DNA of 42,947 nt from a virus, in the IMG/VR virus record IMGVR_UViG_3300045988_166496, positions 1 to 42,947 of that record, one strand, 5' to 3'. The notes under the pieces were generated by a model that was not told where the DNA came from, made no database searches, and worked only from the letters and a program-made list of their open reading frames with translations. Shown piece after piece: positions 25,937 to 34,141 of the stretch (position 1 is the stretch's first letter; every line of letters starts with the position of its first letter). Both the position numbers and the translations under genes were made by a program.

Positions 25937-27589
25937 ATGAAAATAGCAATTTACTGTAGAGTTTCAACTCATCATCAAATAGATAAAGAATCTTTACCTT
26001 TCCAAGAACAGGATTTAAAAAATTATTGTAAATGTGTATTAGGTAGTAATAATTATGTTGTTTTTAAAGATCCTGGGTATTCTGGGAAAAATACAGAACG
26101 ACCAGATTTTAAAAATATGTTTGAAAGAATAAGAAAAAATGAATTTACTCATTTACTTGTATGGAAAATAGATAGAATTTCTAGAAATTTATTAGATTTT
26201 TGTAGCATGTATAACGAGTTAAAACAATACAATTGCACATTTATATCTAAAAATGAGCAATTTGACACTTCTTCTGCAATGGGTGAAGCAATGCTAAAGA
26301 TAATTCTTGTTTTTGCAGAACTCGAAAGAAACTTAACATCTGAAAGAGTATCTGCTATTATGATTAATCGTGCTCAAGAAGGTCGTTGGAATGGTGCTAA
26401 TGTTCCTCTAGGGTATTATTGGGATGATTCTTCTGCTTTTCCATTAATAGATAATGCAGAATCAGAAATAATAAAGTCTATTTATAATATATATGAAAAA
26501 GAACAATCTGCTAATAGAGTTCTTAATTATTTAGTGGAAAATAATATTAAAACTAAACGTGGAGGTAATTGGACTACTAAAACCATCTGTGATGTTATAA
26601 GAAATCCTTTTTATATGGGAACATATAGATATAATTATCGTGAATCTGCAAGAGGTAAATTAAAAGATTCCAGTGAATGGATTATAAAAGAAAATAATCA
26701 TCAGGCCATAATTTCTAAAAAGCAATGGCAAAAATGTAATGATATTATGGATGAAAATGCTCGAACTAATCACAGTAAAAATAGAAGATATAATCAAATT
26801 CATATTTTTAGAGGATTATTAAGATGTAATGTATGTGGTGGTAATATGTATGGTGCTAAAGATAGACCTAGAAAAGATGGATTTCGTCCATCAAGATATC
26901 GCTGTTCTAATTCTCATAAAGAAACTTGTAATACTAAAATAGTTACAGATGTAACTTTAGGTCCATTTGTTATTAATTATTTAATTAATTTTATAAATCT
27001 TATAAATAATAGTAAACAAATAAATAGTATAGATGACATTAAATCTTTTTTATTAAATGGTACTGATTTTAAAGATATTGATTTAACTGAAGATACTTTA
27101 TTTAATATATATGTGTCTTTAAACATAAATAATAAGCTTATACCTTTACCAGATACAGAAAGTAAAGATATGAAAGTAAATAGTGAAGAAATAAAACTAA
27201 CTAGAGAAATAAATAAATTTAAAAAAGCCTTAGAAAGATTAGATGATCTATATTATTTTGATGAAAAGGGTATTAGTGAAAAAGATTATTTAATAAAGAA
27301 AAAAGATTTTGAAAATAAATTAAATGATGCTAATAATAAATTAAAATCTATATCTGAAAATGAGCCTACAAATTTTTACGATTTTGATTTTTTAAGTTCA
27401 GCTTCTGAATTTTTATTACAAAATAATATAAAAAAACATATAGACTTTAAGATGTTTTACATGACTATAGATAATGAAAAAATATATAATTTTGTAAAAT
27501 CATTAGTTAAAGAAATTTTTATAAATGAAGATGGTTCTATATATTCTATAACCTTTAAAAATGGTTTAGTACATTATTTTATTTACTAA
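25937..27589 (+). CDS. Large serine recombinase (integrase type)
   Basis: MKIAIYCRVSTHHQ resolvase catalytic N-terminus, a recombinase domain, a CNVCGG..C..C zinc ribbon and a long coiled-coil C-terminus. 550 aa. Confidence 0.9.
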   Translation: MKIAIYCRVSTHHQIDKESLPFQEQDLKNYCKCVLGSNNYVVFKDPGYSGKNTERPDFKNMFERIRKNEFTHLLVWKIDRISRNLLDFCSMYNELKQYNCTFISKNEQFDTSSAMGEAMLKIILVFAELERNLTSERVSAIMINRAQEGRWNGANVPLGYYWDDSSAFPLIDNAESEIIKSIYNIYEKEQSANRVLNYLVENNIKTKRGGNWTTKTICDVIRNPFYMGTYRYNYRESARGKLKDSSEWIIKENNHQAIISKKQWQKCNDIMDENARTNHSKNRRYNQIHIFRGLLRCNVCGGNMYGAKDRPRKDGFRPSRYRCSNSHKETCNTKIVTDVTLGPFVINYLINFINLINNSKQINSIDDIKSFLLNGTDFKDIDLTEDTLFNIYVSLNINNKLIPLPDTESKDMKVNSEEIKLTREINKFKKALERLDDLYYFDEKGISEKDYLIKKKDFENKLNDANNKLKSISENEPTNFYDFDFLSSASEFLLQNNIKKHIDFKMFYMTIDNEKIYNFVKSLVKEIFINEDGSIYSITFKNGLVHYFIY

Positions 27590-27597
27590 ATATAAAT

Positions 27598-27637
27598 AAG
27601 ACCGCCTAAATCTATTGATATTAGCGGTCTTTTATTT
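27598..27637. terminator. Bidirectional terminator hairpin
   Basis: aagaccgc / gcggtctt stem at 27598-27631, with T-rich runs on both strands. Confidence 0.65.
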
Positions 27638-27802
27638 CATGTGTAGGTTGTTCATTTGACATCCAAATGTAACACAATGCACGCGTGGTTTTCTTCCTCT
27701 TTCTCTTTCGAAATGATAAGTATATTCTCTCATTTTATCTATATATCTTTCCTGTTCTCTTATTTTTTCCATAGGAACAGTTACTTGTTTTCTTTTTGAC
27801 AT
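27632..27802 (-). CDS. 56-aa ORF ending in a MiaB-like N-terminal motif (host-gene 5'-end mimic; not in the ORF track)
   Basis: AAGGAG RBS and an extended -10 (TGATATAAT, plus-strand 27837-27845). Sequence is MSKRKQVTVPMEKIREQERYIDKMREYTYHFERERGRKPRVHCVTFGCQMNNLHMK. Confidence 0.5.
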   Translation of the reverse strand: MSKRKQVTVPMEKIREQERYIDKMREYTYHFERERGRKPRVHCVTFGCQMNNLHMK

Positions 27803-27884
27803 TTATTATATCTCCTTTCAAATTAATGCAAAATTTATTATATCATAAATATTGAAAAATATATAAAAAAATATACATTATTAT

Positions 27885-27925
27885 AAAAAATAAAGAAGTA
27901 CATTAAAAATTATTTGTACTTCTTT
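27885..27925 (-). terminator. Terminator of the FtsK-like / replication-relaxation operon
   Basis: 11-bp perfect stem aaagaagtaca / tgtacttcttt, followed by a T-run on the minus strand. Confidence 0.75.
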
Positions 27926-27956
27926 ATATCTACTATTATAATATTATTAGATAGTT

Positions 27957-29030
27957 TTATTGCTTCTTGGCCTTATTACTATCTGAAGCATTTACTGTTG
28001 CAGCAGTAGATGCTTCTTTTTTTATCTTAAAACATTGAATTTCTCTTACACTATTTCCTGTAAAAATCTTACCATGCCCTTTACCTTTTAAATTTATTAA
28101 AGCTTCATAATCTCCACTCAATACTTTAGATGCTTCTTTTGTATTTACTTTCAAGCATATCTTTGTATTTATATTCGCCTTTAGCTTGCCCGGCAAAACC
28201 TCTCTATATGGTGTTTGTGTAGTTAATATAATATTTATTTTTGCTGCTCTTCCTTTCGCTAATAATTCTCCTAACATCTTATAAATTGCCTTATCTTCTT
28301 TTGGATCAAACGATGCTAATTCTTCAATAACTAAAAAAATATGTTTAAATTTTAAGTTTTCATTTTTATTTAAGCTTAAATATCTTTTATTCATTTCATT
28401 TATTAACTTCTCTAATACTTCCTCTATTCCGTCTTTACCCTGACCATAATATTTAGCTTTATCTTTATATTTAAATAAATCAACCATTTTTGTGTCCTGA
28501 AGATATAATTCTACATTTTTTCTTTTAATTAAATTATTTATAATAACATCTAGGCATACACTCTTTCCACTTCCAGTAGCTCCACCAATTAGTAGATGGC
28601 ACTGCGTAGGTGAATCAAATTTCCAATAAACTATTTTATTTGTATTTAGATCTATAGCTACAGGAACACCTTTTTTATTATCAAAATTATATTTTTCATA
28701 ATCGTATACTAAAATTGGATTAAAAATACTTATCTCTATCATATTATTTTTATTTTCTATCCTTAAAGATACTTCCTTTATTTTTAAAAAAGCAGCTATT
28801 TCCGATTTATATTTTTTAAAGTCTTTTATACTTAATCCTATTGGTATCGTAAAATAAAATACTTCATTTTCAACTTTATTTTGTAATACTGGATATTCTT
28901 TACTTCTATTACACAAATCTAATTCATGCCAAAGTTTATCCCAGTCATATTTTTTCTTTAATAGTATATTTTCTATTGCTTTAGTAGCATCAAAAATGCT
29001 ATCAATTAATAATTTAATCAATAAAATCAC
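27957..29030 (-). CDS. FtsK/SpoIIIE-family DNA translocase-like ATPase (TcpA/TraB-type)
   Basis: Walker A is LLIGGATGSGKS and Walker B is HIFLVIEELA. 357 aa. Confidence 0.8.
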   Translation of the reverse strand: MILLIKLLIDSIFDATKAIENILLKKKYDWDKLWHELDLCNRSKEYPVLQNKVENEVFYFTIPIGLSIKDFKKYKSEIAAFLKIKEVSLRIENKNNMIEISIFNPILVYDYEKYNFDNKKGVPVAIDLNTNKIVYWKFDSPTQCHLLIGGATGSGKSVCLDVIINNLIKRKNVELYLQDTKMVDLFKYKDKAKYYGQGKDGIEEVLEKLINEMNKRYLSLNKNENLKFKHIFLVIEELASFDPKEDKAIYKMLGELLAKGRAAKINIILTTQTPYREVLPGKLKANINTKICLKVNTKEASKVLSGDYEALINLKGKGHGKIFTGNSVREIQCFKIKKEASTAATVNASDSNKAKKQ

Positions 29031-29595
29031 CTACTTTCTCTAGGTTTAAATTATCATATACCACTTTTATATCATTTAGTTTTTTATTTAAATTTTGATT
29101 GTTAACCACATAAAGCACCGGCATAACCTGCCAATTAGTATTTTCTATTACAACTTCTCTGAAATTATGGTATTTACTTAGGCAGTCATTCGGTGATATT
29201 TGTACCTCTAAAATTATTCTTTTTACTCTTCCATTCTTTTTAATTTTTATCAAAGCATCAGGTATTATATTTCCAATTTTACAAGATCTTTCAAATTCAA
29301 TTATCTCATAGCCTTCTTGTATAAACTTTACAATAACATCAGTTACAATCAAGTCATGCTTTACTATTTTCTTTCCTGGCTTTCTATCCATATAGTACAC
29401 ATATGCATTTCTTCTTTTATTTTTATCAAGATTATAAGTATCTCGTCTTATATAATCTGCATCGGATAAATATTTCAAACGTCTCATTGCTACATTTTGG
29501 TGAACATCTTTAAAAAACATTTGTTGGACCTGTTCACGTGTGCATACTCTTACTAATGATACAAATTCTAAAACTTTCATATCTCTATCTTCCAT
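29014..29595 (-). CDS. Replication-relaxation family protein
   Basis: MEDRDMKVLEFVSLVRVCTREQVQQMFFKDVHQNVAMRRLKYLSDADYIRRD is a winged-helix N-terminus typical of Replic_Relax. RBS is AGGGGGAA. Confidence 0.65.
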   Translation of the reverse strand: MEDRDMKVLEFVSLVRVCTREQVQQMFFKDVHQNVAMRRLKYLSDADYIRRDTYNLDKNKRRNAYVYYMDRKPGKKIVKHDLIVTDVIVKFIQEGYEIIEFERSCKIGNIIPDALIKIKKNGRVKRIILEVQISPNDCLSKYHNFREVVIENTNWQVMPVLYVVNNQNLNKKLNDIKVVYDNLNLEKVGDFID

Positions 29596-29901
29596 ATTTA
29601 TTCCCCCTAAATTAATTTATAGTAAAGTATATGCTCCAATGCTTTAAATATGTTAATAAATATTTGATTTATTATGTTTCATATATTTAGTGAAGTATTT
29701 AAATCAACTTTTTCAAGCTTCACACATCATTTTATAGTTATTTCAATAGCTACTACTTGTACAAAGTTACAGTTTAAATATAAGGATAAAAATAAAATAC
29801 TTTAATATTATTTTTATATTATAAATATGTTTCTTGATTTCTATAATATAGTAAGCTTACGTGTATTTACACGTTGTTAAAAAGGCGGAAATGAGGAAAA
29901 T

Positions 29902-30909
29902 ATGCATGTAGTAAAAGAAAACAATAAATCGTATAATGAACAATTCATAATGAAAGCTTCTAAAGAAATTTCTGAACAATTTAACTTTAACATCATTCAA
30001 CAAAGGGCTTTGGTCGACACTCTATATCGTTGTACAAATAACTTAGAAATTATAAGATTAACTCAAGAAACTGGAGATTTTTTAAGTTATTTAGATATCT
30101 ATGTAAATGCAATCAAATTAGAAGGGCAATCAGAAGATACAATTAAGAATAAAAAATATATGTTACTTGAATTAAACAGATATTTATCTAAAAAAATAGA
30201 AGATATTACACTTTCTGATTTAAAGATGTATATTCTTCATAAGCAAGCTGATTGTGCTGCTAATTCTCTGAATGGGATAATTGTATGTATTAAAACATTT
30301 TTCAATTATTTATATGAAGATGATTATATCGACAATAATCCAGCAAGAAAGTTAAAAAAAATCAAAGAAGAAACTCGATTAAGAAAATCTTTAAGTGAAA
30401 TTACTTTTGAAGAAATAAGATCTTGTTGTAATAATATTCGTGATAAAGCTTTAATAGAGTTTACATATGCATCTGGTTTAAGAGTTTCAGAAATATCAAA
30501 ATTAAATATTTCTGATTTAGATTTTTCAAGTAATGAATTTTCAGTTATTGGAAAAGGTAAAAAAGAAAGAGTTGTAATTTTTTCAAATATCTCTAAGTTT
30601 TATCTTCAAAAATATCTTGATAGTAGAACTGATGATAATCCAGCTCTATTTGTATCATTAAAAAGACCTTATAACCGATTAGGTAAAAGAGGTATAGAAA
30701 AAATATTTGAAAGGATTAAAAAAAGATTAGGTTTAGAAGAATTTTATCCTCATTTACTAAGACATACCATGGCCACTCGTCTTGCTGAGACTGCAGATAT
30801 TACTACTGTTCAAGCCTTGTTAGGTCATAAGAATGTCAACACTACTCTTATTTATGCAGAAAAGAATAATGACAAAGTAGCTTTTCAATATAAAAATTCT
30901 AGACTTTAA
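29902..30909 (+). CDS. XerC/D-like tyrosine recombinase
   Basis: ASGLRVSE (R), HLLRHT (HxxR) and LGHKNVNTTLIYAE (H..Y). A SAM-like N-terminal domain precedes them. Confidence 0.9.
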   Translation: MHVVKENNKSYNEQFIMKASKEISEQFNFNIIQQRALVDTLYRCTNNLEIIRLTQETGDFLSYLDIYVNAIKLEGQSEDTIKNKKYMLLELNRYLSKKIEDITLSDLKMYILHKQADCAANSLNGIIVCIKTFFNYLYEDDYIDNNPARKLKKIKEETRLRKSLSEITFEEIRSCCNNIRDKALIEFTYASGLRVSEISKLNISDLDFSSNEFSVIGKGKKERVVIFSNISKFYLQKYLDSRTDDNPALFVSLKRPYNRLGKRGIEKIFERIKKRLGLEEFYPHLLRHTMATRLAETADITTVQALLGHKNVNTTLIYAEKNNDKVAFQYKNSRL

Positions 30910-30938
30910 TATTTTTTTTAATTTAAATTTATTTTATT

Positions 30939-30982
30939 TAAGTATCTTTTAATTATTTTTAATTTTAAGATACTTATTTTTT
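30939..30982 (+). terminator. Terminator of the tyrosine recombinase gene
   Basis: taagtatctt / aagatactta 10-bp stem followed by a T6 run. Confidence 0.65.
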
Positions 30983-31292
30983 ATTTTTAAAAAATTAAAT
31001 TAATTTTATTTAATTTATATTTTAGGTAAATAAGATTTTATTTATTTTTTTTAATTTTAATTAAATATTTTTTGTTTAATCTTATTTGAAGTTTATTTTT
31101 ATTTTATTTAAATATTTTAAAATAATATAAAATATTTAATATTTAATTTAGTTTTTTTTAGTTTAAATTTATCTAAAAAAAATAATTAAAACTTGAATTT
31201 ATTTTATTTAATTTATATTAAATTAAAATAGCTTAACTTTGTTTAATTAAAATTAAATTAACTTTGTTTAAATTAAATTTGACTAAAATAAA
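30983..31292. repeat. Extremely AT-rich non-coding island with dispersed direct repeats (iteron- or att-like)
   Basis: ATTTTATTTAA occurs at 31004, 31101 and 31201 within this interval, with flanking copies at 30931 and 31351. The longer repeat attttatttaatttatat occurs twice (31004, 31201), taactttgtttaa twice (31243, 31259), and tttaatcttattt once here (31076) and once just outside (31331). It lies between two convergent terminators. Confidence 0.7.
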
Positions 31293-31328
31293 TAAAAAAA
31301 AGTTAGAAAAAATTAAATTTCCTAACTT
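31293..31328 (-). terminator. Terminator closing the lysis operon
   Basis: aagttag / ctaactt stem followed by a T8 run on the minus strand. Confidence 0.6.
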
Positions 31329-31357
31329 TTATTTAATCTTATTTTTTTATATTTTAT

Positions 31358-31447
31358 TTAAATAAACATATTTAATAAAAACATACTTACAGCGCCTATT
31401 CCAATATAAGTTAATCTTCCTATTACTTCTAATAGATTTTTTCTCAT
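31358..31447 (-). CDS. 29-aa hydrophobic peptide downstream of the endolysin (not in the ORF track)
   Basis: AAAGGAGG RBS 7 nt before the ATG. Sequence is MRKNLLEVIGRLTYIGIGAVSMFLLNMFI. Confidence 0.45.
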   Translation of the reverse strand: MRKNLLEVIGRLTYIGIGAVSMFLLNMFI

Positions 31448-31545
31448 GACAATACCTCCTTTATTGGGAGTATCGACTTCTCCTGGAATATTTATACATC
31501 ATTTCTTTTTTTATTGGTCGCTATTGGTCGCTATCGTACTATTCT

Positions 31546-32355
31546 TTAAACAGCTTCTATATATTTACTTGAAGTATTTATATATCCAAAATCCCCTTCA
31601 ACCCAAATTGATGCCCAACCATCTTTCACATAACCTAATATAAATTCTTGTCCTTTTTCCATAACAAATTTTTTAGCTGCTAATGTTCCATCTGTATCTG
31701 GGCGATTAGATCTTACATTTAAAGTATTTGATATAACTTTATACTTTTTATTGTAATCTCCATTTTTTAGCTGTTTATATTCTATACTTGAATTTGTTTT
31801 TTCTGTAAGTTTTCTTTTAAACCAAGTCCAGCTATAACCATATTTAGAGGCTCTTAACCACGAAGGGCAATCTTTTCTAGTCCAATCATAATGTGCTTTA
31901 GGTACTAATTTATTATTATATTCTAACAATACTTTATATAAAGCTATAGCGTTTAAATATGCTTGATATTGTTTTGCTTTATCAGTATACATACATATTT
32001 CTATACTTATAGATGTATTATTTCCACTTGTGCATCCTTGTGCATATGCCTTCCAATGAAATGGGCAGTTTTGTATTATTTTATTGTAACCAACTGTAAC
32101 ATGCCAACTTGCTAATCTATAATTACTTTTAGAAGTTCCAGCATATTTATCATTATTTGCATTTTCTAAAGCTAAATGCATTCTAGGTGCATCAACATTT
32201 ATACAATCAGTTTGATGAAATGTTACTGATGTAGCATTTATTTTTGTCCCTGGAATACAACTCCCTTTGCCTAACAGTTCATTACTTACTACAATTGCAT
32301 TTCCTATTTTAATACCATTTACTAATACATTATTTTTTATTTTACTCATCCTCAT
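31546..32355 (-). CDS. Endolysin: N-acetylmuramoyl-L-alanine amidase (Amidase_2/PGRP type) with a C-terminal SH3-like domain
   Basis: ...SVTFHQTD...WHVTVGYN...SISIEICMY...AHYDWTRKDCPSWL. The C-terminal sequence is YKVISNTLNVRSNRPD...GWASIWVEGDFGYIN. Confidence 0.85.
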   Translation of the reverse strand: MRMSKIKNNVLVNGIKIGNAIVVSNELLGKGSCIPGTKINATSVTFHQTDCINVDAPRMHLALENANNDKYAGTSKSNYRLASWHVTVGYNKIIQNCPFHWKAYAQGCTSGNNTSISIEICMYTDKAKQYQAYLNAIALYKVLLEYNNKLVPKAHYDWTRKDCPSWLRASKYGYSWTWFKRKLTEKTNSSIEYKQLKNGDYNKKYKVISNTLNVRSNRPDTDGTLAAKKFVMEKGQEFILGYVKDGWASIWVEGDFGYINTSSKYIEAV

Positions 32356-32752
32356 TACCTTCTTTCTTTAATTGGATTAGTGCTTTTTTTATAGGATCTG
32401 GTACATTTATTCCTATTTCGCAGCAATTTTCTAGTATACTTATTCCTTCATTTGCTATATAAAAATAACAAACTAAGGTTCTAAACATCCATGCTCCTGA
32501 ATTTAATATTCTATCTAATGCTACTCCTACTATAAGTACTATAAATATAACTGCTTTTCTAGCTATTCCATGTAAACCTACATTAGAAGATACAGTTTTA
32601 TTTACAAATGCTTTTATTAAACCTGCTATATAATCTAGTACTATAAAAAGTACTAATACACTTAAAGCTATATCCCATGCTCCAAATAGCCATGTAAAAA
32701 ACGTTCCTATAACAGATGCCACTATACTTATTTTCTCACTATAAATATTCAT
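32342..32752 (-). CDS. Holin (phage_holin_4 / TcdE-like family)
   Basis: 136 aa with 3-4 TM segments. WDIALSVLVLFIVLDYIAGLIKAF is typical. It lies directly upstream of and overlapping the endolysin gene. Confidence 0.8.
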   Translation of the reverse strand: MNIYSEKISIVASVIGTFFTWLFGAWDIALSVLVLFIVLDYIAGLIKAFVNKTVSSNVGLHGIARKAVIFIVLIVGVALDRILNSGAWMFRTLVCYFYIANEGISILENCCEIGINVPDPIKKALIQLKKEGNEDE

Positions 32753-32776
32753 CCTTCCCTCCTTGTAATTGATATT

Positions 32777-32803
32777 AAAAAAGGACTGTACCGCTACAGT
32801 CCT
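32777..32803 (-). terminator. Terminator after the membrane-protein moron
   Basis: aggactgta-ccgc-tacagtcct followed by a T6 run on the minus strand. Confidence 0.75.
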
Positions 32804-32849
32804 TTTAAAAATAGATTTAAGATTTAAGATTTATAAATTATATTTTATT

Positions 32850-33425
32850 TTACATTGTTATCACCTTCTTTAAATTTTCTTTTTTATATACACGTAGATA
32901 AAAAATGTTATCTACGGCTATACCTATAAACATAAATATAAAACCTATATTTGTTGGTAATGTTATTTTCCAGCTAAATGCAAATCCTATTATACTTGTA
33001 AGGTAACAATAATAATTTGTTTTATTATCAAATTTTTCTCTTTCTTCACCTTTATATCTAAGTGCTTTTAATCTTGTCCCTCCACAAATCACATTTCTTG
33101 TAATAAGAGCATTTAATATCGCATCTCCTACATAATACATTCCTGCTGTTGCAATTCCTGTTAAATATGCCCCTGTTAATAATCCATAGACTATTCCCTC
33201 TAGCACTAACATTGTACCAAAAGTTTTATATAAGTATTTGCTACGATCTAACCATATTCTAGTAATTAGCATAGCTATTATGCAATTTACTAAACTTGCA
33301 AAACTCATAATATTAGAGTTAATATCTTGCATTGTTATAGTATGAACCACTGGATAAGCCATGCTATAAAATAAATTACTTACAGCTCCTGCTATTAATA
33401 GTTCATCTACATTTCTATGTTTCAT
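32850..33425 (-). CDS. Polytopic membrane protein (191 aa, about 5-6 TM segments), a moron
   Basis: ATG 33425 (MKHRNVDELL) lies after AAGGAG. It has its own upstream and downstream terminators and no recognisable family. Confidence 0.65.
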   Translation of the reverse strand: MKHRNVDELLIAGAVSNLFYSMAYPVVHTITMQDINSNIMSFASLVNCIIAMLITRIWLDRSKYLYKTFGTMLVLEGIVYGLLTGAYLTGIATAGMYYVGDAILNALITRNVICGGTRLKALRYKGEEREKFDNKTNYYCYLTSIIGFAFSWKITLPTNIGFIFMFIGIAVDNIFYLRVYKKENLKKVITM

Positions 33426-33442
33426 TTTGCATCTCCTTAAAT

Positions 33443-33473
33443 AAAAAAGAGCAGTTAAATATTTAGCTGCTCT
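33443..33473 (-). terminator. Terminator after the 25-aa peptide gene
   Basis: agagcag / ctgctct stem followed by a T6 run on the minus strand. Confidence 0.6.
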
Positions 33474-33483
33474 ATGATCTTGT

Positions 33484-33561
33484 TTAATTTGTACCAAATA
33501 TTATCAATATTGAAAATATAATTGTCGTACATATCATCAGAGTTTTATAAAAGTCAAACAT
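33484..33561 (-). CDS. 25-aa hydrophobic peptide (not in the ORF track)
   Basis: GGAGG RBS 5 nt before the ATG. Sequence is MFDFYKTLMICTTIIFSILIIFGTN. Its own terminator follows. Confidence 0.4.
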   Translation of the reverse strand: MFDFYKTLMICTTIIFSILIIFGTN

Positions 33562-33710
33562 ATTTACCTCCTATTTTAATTCGTAATATTTTTATTTGAT
33601 TTCTCGTATCCATTTACCCCTCTATACAAGTATTTACAAGTGTTTAGAGGGGTATACACATCTTTACACACATTATTGCGAACTAAATTTCATATTTTCT
33701 TCGTGATTTT

Positions 33711-34097
33711 TTATTTTTCGTATGTTCCTAATACATTTCTTTCTATTCTGTCTTCAACTCTACGATTAAGATACATTAAAGCTAATTCTATATGTTCTAA
33801 TGCTTTTTCATTGTATTCACTGGCGAATGGTCCAGCTTGAAAAGCTTTCATTCTATCTCTCACTATCTCTAGTAAATCTGTATCTATTACTCCATGTTGT
33901 GAGTTCTTATCTTTTCTTGGTCCACGTTGTAAAAATATATCAGCTACAACACCTATAATATTACTTCCATCACACCAACAAGTTTCACCTTCTTCGCAAA
34001 TTATATATCTATGATTTGCCCCTCCTGGACCTATTTCATCTACTGCGTAAACATCGTTTAATTTTTCTCTTTTTTGTATTGTATTTAATTTTCTCAT
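33711..34097 (-). CDS. Small phage accessory protein, a candidate Acb2/Tad1-hairpin-like cyclic-nucleotide sponge (alternative reading: toxin of an RHH-controlled pair)
   Basis: ATG 34097 (MRKLNTIQ) lies after AAGGAG. The C-terminal half is [66 protein letters not shown]. Confidence 0.4.
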   Translation of the reverse strand: MRKLNTIQKREKLNDVYAVDEIGPGGANHRYIICEEGETCWCDGSNIIGVVADIFLQRGPRKDKNSQHGVIDTDLLEIVRDRMKAFQAGPFASEYNEKALEHIELALMYLNRRVEDRIERNVLGTYEK

Positions 34098-34112
34098 TAT
34101 TTTTTTCTCCTT

Positions 34113-34141
34113 AAATAAAATAGACACCTATTCAGTGTCTA
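34113..34141 (-). promoter_or_regulatory. Hairpin plus U-run overlapping the RHH stop codon (intra-cassette attenuator candidate)
   Basis: tagacac / gtgtcta stem at 34121-34141, followed on the minus strand by TTTTATTT. Confidence 0.4.

Noticed and set aside
30910-31400. The AT-rich repeat island read as a CRISPR array
   Set aside because: The repeats are short (11-18 bp) and irregularly spaced, the intervening sequence is equally low in complexity, and there are no cas genes.
32813-32835. Short tandem atttaag repeats downstream of the membrane-protein gene
   Set aside because: There are only 2-3 imperfect copies of a 7-mer in AT-rich spacer, which is consistent with slippage noise.
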